A stretch of 64,000 nucleotides of DNA. Source: Melioribacteraceae bacterium. GTDB taxonomy: Bacteria; Bacteroidota; Ignavibacteria; Ignavibacteriales; Melioribacteraceae. Both the position numbers and the translations under genes were made by a program. The notes beneath the pieces were generated by a model. It saw only the letters and a list, made by a program, of their open reading frames with translations, had not been told where the DNA came from and did no database searches. Shown here in pieces: positions 57,083 through 64,000 of the stretch (position 1 is the stretch's first letter; each line of letters opens with the position of its first letter). The stretch covers positions 537 to 64,536 of the forward strand of contig JAFGMI010000017.1 of the NCBI GenBank assembly GCA_016927595.1, in the 5' to 3' direction.

Positions 57083-57571
57083 TTATGGTTTAGGTGGATT
57101 CCCGAATGTTTTTTTTGCTGCTGTTTTGTCATTTCCGGACCAAAGAATATATACAGCGGTAGCAACAGCCGCGGCGCCGATAAAATAAATTAATTCACTG
57201 CTGAAAAAAGAAGCGTCTTCACCGGAATCCGCATTATCATCCAGATCGGTTGCAATTTTATAATTGTTGCTTAATTCATGCTTTATCTGAAATAAATTAA
57301 TTTTGAGATTGTACAGCTCATCATGCCCAGTAATTACATTATCTGCGTAGTATGCATAATGATAATTCATCAGATTGTTTGAAGCGAAGAGTATTTTGTT
57401 TTCATCAATATTTTTAATAAAGCTTTGAAGATTTGTTATTTTACTGAATTTCGGAATAAAATCCGATCCGTGCTTATAACGTTCCGTTGTTTGCTGTGCC
57501 TGAAGTTTTGAGAAAAACAAAACACATAATAAAAACGCCAACAAATTTATACTCACTCTTCTTATTTTCAT
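57083..57571 (-). CDS. hypothetical envelope protein: signal peptide, acidic stretch, C-terminal TM anchor
   Basis: The features are MKIRRVSINLLAFLLCVLFFSKLQAQ, then ...DLDDNADSGEDASFF, then the TM helix LIYFIGAAAVATAVYILW and a basic tail. It lies 14 nt upstream of the giant gene. Confidence 0.6.
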   Translation of the reverse strand: MKIRRVSINLLAFLLCVLFFSKLQAQQTTERYKHGSDFIPKFSKITNLQSFIKNIDENKILFASNNLMNYHYAYYADNVITGHDELYNLKINLFQIKHELSNNYKIATDLDDNADSGEDASFFSSELIYFIGAAAVATAVYILWSGNDKTAAKKTFGNPPKP

Positions 57572-57583
57572 TTCTGATTCCGA

Positions 57584-59527
57584 TTAATTTAAAAGTGACT
57601 CAAATCTTAAGTGTGTAATTAAATAAAACCTAAGTCCGTATTTTATACCAATAGGACTGTATCTTTCCTCCTGATTCAGAAGATTCTTAAAGAGTAAATT
57701 AATCCAAATTTTATTGTTCCAAAAATATTTCTGGAATGAAAGGTCAATTAATATTTTACCTTTTAAGTCGTGATTATAAAATGAAAAGGTCTGTGCTGTT
57801 AAATATTTGTAGTCTTCCCAGTAAGAGCTGGATGAATATTGTATCCGCCACCAGACTGCAAAACCATCGTTGGAATAATTTAAATCACACCGGAACGAAT
57901 GAATCGGAAATTTCCGCCATTCCAGTAAAAACTGTTCCGAGCCTTCGATACCTTTCATAAAAGTATAACTGAAGTCACCCGTCAACTGCTTTGTCAGGAA
58001 AAATTCCAAACCGGCATTTAATCCGATTTGAGTAATGTTTTCCATTGTACTATACTGTAATTCACCCGTAAGATACTTGGTTTTACTGCTCAGGTGATAG
58101 TAATAATTATCCAGATAATATTTTTCGAACCTTCTGACAAATCCTCCGATTGAAGTATTAATCAGTTTAAATTTACCATCGTAGATGAAATCCAAGCCAA
58201 ATGATTTTCCCGATTGATTCCCTATCAATTCTTTCTCAACAACTTCCGGTAAAATTAAAGGCAGACCATTGGCTGTCCATGTAAAATAATTCAGATCTTC
58301 TGTGAGTGTGCTCTCGAAATATGACGCATTAAGTGTAAGACTATGCCCGTTTGCCGGAACATACGAAGTAAGCCATGAAGCTTTGTAAATGTTTTTTTTC
58401 GAATTCTTCACAAGTCCGGCATTAAAGCTTTGGTCAATTTTATCCAGTGGATTGAAACTAAATGTCCAGTACAGTTTCAGAAAATTAAATTGCTCGTCGT
58501 TATTCAATCCTGAGCGGTTGCCGTCGTATTTTTCGTATACAAGATTAAAACCGCTGTTAAAATAACTGTTATTGTAATTAATACCCGATCCGATAACTGT
58601 GGTATTAAGTTTAAGGTCAAAATTTAGGTTCAATGAGTTATCCGAGCGGGCAAGTTCATTAATGCTTTTGGTTATTTTATAGTTTATTGTGATACTTTTG
58701 CCGATAGGAAAATTTCCCGCAAACCCTGTATGCCTCAGGATTCTCTTCGAAGGGATTTCATTGCCGTAAATCGGAAAGAAAATAAAATCATCATTCTGGT
58801 TGAAAGCAAAAATGAAGTTGTGATATCCATTTAAAAAATTATAACCGATTTCCGCACTTGTACCGATCAGTTTTTGCTTTGAGCTTTCTGTTAACATTGA
58901 TATTCTGTTGGATAAAGATTTGTCTGTTATAAAATTTTCGTTATACTTAACGCTGGTTGTAAGTTGCCAGTTGTCGCCTTTTGAAGTAAGTCCGATGCCG
59001 GCAACAAATCCTAGTTTATCAATGTTTGATGAGCGGTATTGAGTATATGCAAAAGGTCCTGGATCGCCAGCCATATTTCCAATGCTTTGCATCGCCGTTA
59101 ATGAAAATCCTTCAGCAGGTTTTTGAAGAATGAACTCAATCAAACCCGACTGTGTAAAATAACCCTTGTAATTTATGGGTGAATTAATGAATACAACTGA
59201 ATCCACCTGCTCAATGGTAAAAGGCAGATTATCCAGGTTAATATCGTCCATGAAACTAATATCGAATTTCTGACCGTTAACCAGAACGATAAAATTCTGA
59301 CGCTGATAAGTTGATAATCCGTTGCCTGAAGCTCTGTTCGAATATCCGTTGATGGTTGATGATTTCCATTTGTGTGAAAGGCTGAATATATCGTTCAGTG
59401 TAATTATACTCTTTTCCTGCAAATCATATTTTGTAAAAGTTTCTGCAAACGGATCACTGTTCACCTGAGCATAAGTCTGGCTTGCGATAAGGAGTATCAG
59501 TATTATATTTGTTTCAAGTCTTCTCAT
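57584..59527 (-). CDS. TonB-dependent-receptor-like outer-membrane protein (degenerate plug + beta-barrel)
   Basis: Signal peptide and a plug-like pattern ...FIVLVNGQKF.......INLDNLPFTIEQVDSVVFINSP.NYKGYFTQSGLIEFILQKP, then ~500 aa of alternating beta-strand sequence rich in Y/F/N/G. Confidence 0.6.
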   Translation of the reverse strand: MRRLETNIILILLIASQTYAQVNSDPFAETFTKYDLQEKSIITLNDIFSLSHKWKSSTINGYSNRASGNGLSTYQRQNFIVLVNGQKFDISFMDDINLDNLPFTIEQVDSVVFINSPINYKGYFTQSGLIEFILQKPAEGFSLTAMQSIGNMAGDPGPFAYTQYRSSNIDKLGFVAGIGLTSKGDNWQLTTSVKYNENFITDKSLSNRISMLTESSKQKLIGTSAEIGYNFLNGYHNFIFAFNQNDDFIFFPIYGNEIPSKRILRHTGFAGNFPIGKSITINYKITKSINELARSDNSLNLNFDLKLNTTVIGSGINYNNSYFNSGFNLVYEKYDGNRSGLNNDEQFNFLKLYWTFSFNPLDKIDQSFNAGLVKNSKKNIYKASWLTSYVPANGHSLTLNASYFESTLTEDLNYFTWTANGLPLILPEVVEKELIGNQSGKSFGLDFIYDGKFKLINTSIGGFVRRFEKYYLDNYYYHLSSKTKYLTGELQYSTMENITQIGLNAGLEFFLTKQLTGDFSYTFMKGIEGSEQFLLEWRKFPIHSFRCDLNYSNDGFAVWWRIQYSSSSYWEDYKYLTAQTFSFYNHDLKGKILIDLSFQKYFWNNKIWINLLFKNLLNQEERYSPIGIKYGLRFYLITHLRFESLLN

Positions 59528-60099
59528 TCCAGAACATTCTTAATCCATTTTGGAGTTTCAATAATGTATGTCAAACCTGCTGACGCGTTGAATAATTTAA
59601 CTCTTTTTTTTGTGAATACGGTAATAAAATCCGAATTAAAATTGACCATTAAACAGCTGGCAACAGGTATATCAATATTAACGAAGGAAGAGACTGCAAG
59701 TTCACTCTCAGTATTTTCGAACTCGCTCTGCTCAGAATCATCAAACAGCATCAGATAGGATCCTGAACGGACGCCGGCAGAAATGCCCGCTTTTCCGCTA
59801 ATCTCAAGTTTGTACCGCCAGCTTATATTAATGAAAAGTGTACGGTAATCCGGCTGTTGAAGGTTTCTGCTTTCAAAATACTGAGTTTCAACTCCTATCC
59901 CGATAAATCCTGTATAGAAATTTGTTTCGGTACTCAGATATGCTCCATGGTTCGCTTCCCAGTACTCATGCAGATCTTTAATATCCATATTTTCAAGATA
60001 TTTCAGCGAGAAGTAGATTTCGGAAAAAGGGTTTTGCTGTGCGTTTAGCTTCAAGAAGAACACCCAAAAAAGAATCAGGATATAATACTTTTTGCCCAT
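59524..60099 (-). CDS. small outer-membrane beta-barrel-like protein (191 aa)
   Basis: Signal peptide MGKKYYILILFWVFFLKLNAQ and about 8 amphipathic beta-strand segments. Its stop overlaps the next start (ATGA at 59524-59527). Confidence 0.55.
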   Translation of the reverse strand: MGKKYYILILFWVFFLKLNAQQNPFSEIYFSLKYLENMDIKDLHEYWEANHGAYLSTETNFYTGFIGIGVETQYFESRNLQQPDYRTLFINISWRYKLEISGKAGISAGVRSGSYLMLFDDSEQSEFENTESELAVSSFVNIDIPVASCLMVNFNSDFITVFTKKRVKLFNASAGLTYIIETPKWIKNVLE

Positions 60100-60171
60100 A
60101 GCCCGAAGAATTAGTGAATAAAACTAAAATTAATAATTCTTTCCAAAATCTTTCATTTTATTTATCACAAT

Positions 60172-60203
60172 TCAAAAAAAAACCCGCTCTGTAAAAGCGG
60201 GTT
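60172..60203 (-). terminator. rho-independent terminator of the ompA-family gene
   Basis: 8-bp stem AACCCGCT (60181-60188) / AGCGGGTT (60196-60203). On the minus strand it is followed by a T-run of about 9 nt. Confidence 0.8.
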
Positions 60204-60224
60204 TAACAACTGTCAGCGTGAATC

Positions 60225-61394
60225 TTAATTCAGGATTTTAAACTCGATTCGTCTGTTGGCATTGCGACCAGAGGCTGTTTTGTTATCGGCAATAGGCATT
60301 GTCTCGCCGAAGCCCTTAATTGAAAGTCTGTTAGCCGATACACCTCTTGAAGTTAAATAGTCTTTTACAGCCTGGGCGCGTTTAAGAGAAAGCCTCTGAT
60401 TGGCTTGTTCCGAACCTATATTGTCTGTATGTCCCTGGATTTCTACTTTCATTTGAGGATTCATTAAAAGAACCTGCACTGCATGGAACAAAACAGGATA
60501 AGCCTCTTCTCTCAAGTTCGAACTGCTGATATCAAAATTTACTCCCACAAGTACCCATTTCTGATCTGCTCTTGCAGCAGCAGCATCGGTTGGTGTGCCT
60601 ACAACAACTTCCTTAACTACTTCCTTCGGAATGTATTTCTGAACTATTTCTTCTATATCGTTCCGTGTTGCAAGCGCACTCAGATCCACAGGTTCTGTTT
60701 CTGCCTTTATACCTTCATATAATTGACAATATTTGGATGCTTCACCTTTCCCGAAGTACACAACCAGACCAAGATCAAATGTAATATAACCATCTGCGTT
60801 CGATCCGAATATTCCTTGTCTGTTATTATTAACTATACCGTCAACTCTGCCATCAACTGAATGATAATTCCCTTCGGTTCTTAATTTCCAGTCGTTGGAA
60901 ATTGTCCATTCAACCCCGAAGCCTGCACTAACCTGACCGGCATAGTCAGATTTTGCAGTAGGATTTACTATGCCTGTCCAGTCCGGATCGTATAATACTG
61001 CTCCCAAACCTACTGTAAAGTAAGGAGAAACAGACTGACATGGAGCCAGATTGTACAACAAATCCATTCCACCGCCGATTATTGTATTTGATATTTCTTC
61101 AGTTTCGCTTGGAATTAATGTTCCATTATCAAAAGTATAAACTCCACCCGGTACTCTGCCCAGGATGTTTAGATAAAATCCTTTTAATCTTAATCCAACG
61201 TTTTCCGAAAAATTTCTCTGAATAGAAAGATAACCGCCGTAATTATTTTCTAGAGGTCTGAGATCTGAACTTTGATATCTGGGATAGGATATACCAAAAC
61301 CGAAGCTCCAACTTGAGCTGGCTGTCTGCGCGAATACAAGAGAAGACGACAAAAACAACAGAATAAAACAGATTTTTAATTTTCCTGAGGACAT
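60225..61394 (-). CDS. OmpA-family outer membrane protein (N-terminal beta-barrel + C-terminal peptidoglycan-binding OmpA domain)
   Basis: Signal peptide MSSGKLKICFILLFLSSSLVFAQ (ATG at 61394). The C-terminus has VNFD..S..L..E......H.V..L..NP...VEI.GHTDN.GS...N..LS..RA.AV..YL...GV...RL...GFGE..P...N....GR..NRR.EF. Confidence 0.85.
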   Translation of the reverse strand: MSSGKLKICFILLFLSSSLVFAQTASSSWSFGFGISYPRYQSSDLRPLENNYGGYLSIQRNFSENVGLRLKGFYLNILGRVPGGVYTFDNGTLIPSETEEISNTIIGGGMDLLYNLAPCQSVSPYFTVGLGAVLYDPDWTGIVNPTAKSDYAGQVSAGFGVEWTISNDWKLRTEGNYHSVDGRVDGIVNNNRQGIFGSNADGYITFDLGLVVYFGKGEASKYCQLYEGIKAETEPVDLSALATRNDIEEIVQKYIPKEVVKEVVVGTPTDAAAARADQKWVLVGVNFDISSSNLREEAYPVLFHAVQVLLMNPQMKVEIQGHTDNIGSEQANQRLSLKRAQAVKDYLTSRGVSANRLSIKGFGETMPIADNKTASGRNANRRIEFKILN

Positions 61395-61620
61395 TTTTTT
61401 CTCCCGGTTGATTACCCCGTTTGTAAATATAAACAAGATTATCCTAAAATATGTTTATAATCAACTAAATATGTGATTTCTATCCGTTATTTGCAAACGA
61501 TATGAATTTTTTAAATTGAATAAGATGTTGAGTAAAATTGCGCTCTGAAATTAAGTTTTAAGAATTTCTGTTCTTTTATGTAAATTAAATGTCAATTAAT
61601 TGAGATAATTGTTTCGGAAA

Positions 61621-62763
61621 ATGCAAAAAATTTGCCTGCTTGGCTCTACGGGTTCTATAGGAATAAATACATTAAACGTTATCCGTGAGAATAAGCATCT
61701 TTTTCAGGTTTCGTGTTTAACCGTGAATTCCAAAACAGAATTATTGTCGAAGCAGATCGCAGAATTCAAACCCGAAGTTGTTGTAATCAGAGATGAAAAA
61801 GCTGCCGATAATTTCAGAAAGATCTGTTCCTCAAAGGTTGAAATATTGAGCGGTGAGGAGGGCTTGCTAAACGCCACCCGTGATTTGGAGTACGATATAC
61901 TTGTTTCTGCACTTGTAGGTTTTGCCGGTCTTGCTCCCACAATTGAAGCAATTAGACGGAAAAAGAGAATTGCTTTGGCGAATAAAGAAACACTTGTGGT
62001 AGCCGGTAAACTTATCACGGAAATGGCAAATAAAAACGGTGCTGAAATTATTCCGGTGGATTCCGAACACAGTGCAATTTTTCAAAGCCTCGTTGGTGAA
62101 CATGAGAATAGTATCCGCAGAATAATTCTCACTGCAAGCGGTGGTCCCTTCCGTCATCATGAAATTTCCGAGCTAGGGAAAGTATCGGTTGCCGACGCAC
62201 TCAATCATCCCAACTGGTCTATGGGAGATAAAATAACTATCGATTCTGCGACCATGATGAATAAGGGTCTTGAGGTTATTGAGGCTCACTGGCTTTTTAA
62301 CCTTGAAGCTGACGATATCGAAGTGGTTGTTCATCCGCAGTCAATAATACATTCGATGGTTGAATTTATCGACGGTTCAATTAAAGCCCAGTTGAGCATT
62401 CCCGATATGAAACTTCCTATTATTTATGCATTGGGATATCCAGAGAGACTGAAAAACAGCTTCACGGTTACTGATTTTACAAAAATCGGACAATTGACGT
62501 TTTTTGAACCTGATTTTAGTAAATTTGAATGTCTGAAATTAGCTTATGATGTTTTGAGTCAGGGAGGTACTGCTCCCTGCATATTAAATGCGGCAAACGA
62601 AATTGCCGTAAATAAATTTTTAACAGAAAAAATAGGGTTTCTAGATATCCCCAAAATTATAAACGATTCCCTGAATAAAATTGAAGTCGTTTCCTCACCG
62701 GATATTGAAACAATTTTTGATTGTGATCGTAAAACGAGGGAATTTGTAGAGTTAAATTACTAA
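61621..62763 (+). CDS. dxr: 1-deoxy-D-xylulose 5-phosphate reductoisomerase
   Basis: LLGSTGSIG, LANKE, DSEHSA, NHPNWSMG and MNKGLE motifs. The ATG at 61621 is used (the track start 61609 is a TTG). Confidence 0.95.
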   Translation: MQKICLLGSTGSIGINTLNVIRENKHLFQVSCLTVNSKTELLSKQIAEFKPEVVVIRDEKAADNFRKICSSKVEILSGEEGLLNATRDLEYDILVSALVGFAGLAPTIEAIRRKKRIALANKETLVVAGKLITEMANKNGAEIIPVDSEHSAIFQSLVGEHENSIRRIILTASGGPFRHHEISELGKVSVADALNHPNWSMGDKITIDSATMMNKGLEVIEAHWLFNLEADDIEVVVHPQSIIHSMVEFIDGSIKAQLSIPDMKLPIIYALGYPERLKNSFTVTDFTKIGQLTFFEPDFSKFECLKLAYDVLSQGGTAPCILNAANEIAVNKFLTEKIGFLDIPKIINDSLNKIEVVSSPDIETIFDCDRKTREFVELNY

Positions 62764-62778
62764 TAAGATCAGGACGAT

Positions 62779-64000
62779 ATGGACTACATAATATATTTTA
62801 TAATTACTATTGGAATTTTGGTTTTTATACATGAGCTTGGACACTTTCTGGCTGCCAAGATTTGTCGTATGAGAACCGATGTGTTTGCTATCGGTTTCGG
62901 TAAAAGGCTGGTGGGATGGAACAAAATAAACGGATTTACATTTGGTGATTTGCCGAAAGATATCGACCTGAAGGGACATACTGATTACAGGCTTTCTTTG
63001 CTGCCCCTTGGTGGTTATGTAAAGATTGCCGGAATGATTGACGAGAGTTTCGATAACAGCTTCGCCAAGGAAGAACCGAAACCTTATGAGTTCAGATCCA
63101 AACCGACTATCCAAAAATTATTTGTTATTACAGCCGGCGTAATGATGAACCTGACACTTACTCTTGCGGTTTTTGCCGGGATTAATTTTTTCCAGGGGAA
63201 ACAGGTATTTAAAACCACTGAAATCGGTGAAGTTAGAGAAGGTACATTCGCTGCAAACGTCGGTTTTCAGACAGGCGATAAAATTATTCAAATCAACAAC
63301 AGCATACCACAGCATTGGGAAGAAGTACTAAACGACCTTGTTCTGGATAACCTCGGCAGTGATAAAATTGTAAAGATTAAACGTGGAGAGGAAGTAATTG
63401 ATATTAATATTCCGGGAAGCGAAATTACGAATGCGGCGCAGGACTCTTTTATTCTTCCGATCGGTGAATCTAAGCCGATGATAATGGATGTATTGAAAGA
63501 TTCGCCTGCAAGCGACGCTGGAATTCAACCTTACGATATTTTCCTTTCTCTGAATGCGAAAGAGGTTTTATCCGGTCAGCAGATTATTGATATAGTTTCG
63601 GACAATAAAGATGTTGAACTGCCGCTCGTGATTCTGAGGGATAAAGACACTGTGAGAACCTCCGTAACTCCCGGTATAGACGGTAAAATAGGGATCACAA
63701 TAAACGACGCTTACGCAGGTGAAATCGATTTTCAGACATATGGGTTATTCAAATCTTTTGTGCTGGGAGTGGAAGATATAATACAGTACACGAAATTAAC
63801 TTTCAGTTCAATCGGCAGCGTTATTAAGGGTGATATCGAATTCGGATCTGCATTCGGCGGACCGGTTCGTATCGCACAGTTTGCAGCTCGTTCGGCTGAC
63901 CTGGGGCTTATTTCATTTTTAAGATTTCTTGCACTATTAAGTTTAACACTTGCGATATTGAACATAATGCCGTTTCCTGTTCTGGACGGCGGACATTTTG
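62779..64000 (+). CDS. rseP: RIP metalloprotease RseP (site-2 protease, M50), 3' end beyond the window
   Basis: My translation from the ATG at 62779 is MDYIIYFIITIGILVFIHELGHFLAAK..., which carries the HExxH motif. It continues with ...LLPLGGYVKIAG and PDZ-like regions, and reaches ...LSLTLAILNIMPFPVLDGGH at the window edge. There is no stop in the window, so it is absent from the ORF track. The three listed minus-strand ORFs here are its shadows. Confidence 0.9.
   Translation, partial: MDYIIYFIITIGILVFIHELGHFLAAKICRMRTDVFAIGFGKRLVGWNKINGFTFGDLPKDIDLKGHTDYRLSLLPLGGYVKIAGMIDESFDNSFAKEEPKPYEFRSKPTIQKLFVITAGVMMNLTLTLAVFAGINFFQGKQVFKTTEIGEVREGTFAANVGFQTGDKIIQINNSIPQHWEEVLNDLVLDNLGSDKIVKIKRGEEVIDINIPGSEITNAAQDSFILPIGESKPMIMDVLKDSPASDAGIQPYDIFLSLNAKEVLSGQQIIDIVSDNKDVELPLVILRDKDTVRTSVTPGIDGKIGITINDAYAGEIDFQTYGLFKSFVLGVEDIIQYTKLTFSSIGSVIKGDIEFGSAFGGPVRIAQFAARSADLGLISFLRFLALLSLTLAILNIMPFPVLDGGHF

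Noticed and set aside
1-64000. Scan for CRISPR arrays, rRNA genes, IS elements with terminal inverted repeats, reverse transcriptases or known defence gene signatures
   Set aside because: I saw no regularly spaced direct repeats, no rRNA-like segments and no transposase or RT motifs. The only mobile-element signatures are the decayed ones at 1-3963.

Overview
This is mostly chromosomal housekeeping DNA from an AT-rich bacterium. Two proteins end in near-identical '...QNYPNPFNP.TTIEY...' type-A T9SS sorting tails, and the gene content (Na+-pumping methylmalonyl-CoA decarboxylase, PEP carboxykinase, AceEF-Lpd, KdtA/GT9 LPS core genes) points to an FCB-group organism, possibly Ignavibacteriota-like. 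That taxonomic placement is inference only.

The window splits into two parts:
- **1-4023, accessory DNA.** A mosaic of broken mobile-element genes abuts tRNA-Asn(GTT). It comprises a GC-rich phage/plasmid-type block that ends inside an ardC-like gene, a radC 3' remnant, and a large serine recombinase that appears to lack its catalytic N-terminus.
- **The rest, densely packed core genes.** These are mce plus the methylmalonyl-CoA decarboxylase cluster, an M1 peptidase, a pullulanase, ddpX, a multi-PAS hybrid kinase coupled to pckA, waaA, fba, mgsA, a POT transporter, the PDH complex, mfd, ahcY/metK, dxr and rseP (partial, missing from the ORF track).

The candidates I rank highest as possibly undescribed are:
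1. A four-gene envelope operon (53004-60099). It encodes a small beta-barrel, a TonB-dependent-receptor-like barrel, a tail-anchored acidic protein and a 1354-aa T9SS cargo with five FN3-like repeats.
2. A Lon-like AAA+ protease followed after 3 nt by an orphan AmmeMemoRadiSam-type radical SAM enzyme (44382-47870).
3. The decayed integrative element at tRNA-Asn.
4. A 420-bp structured non-coding gap (27809-28228).
5. A dense GATC/short-repeat cluster between aceF and lpd.

I saw no CRISPR array, rRNA, intact transposase or recognisable defence system. All family calls rest on motif recognition by eye, not on searches.
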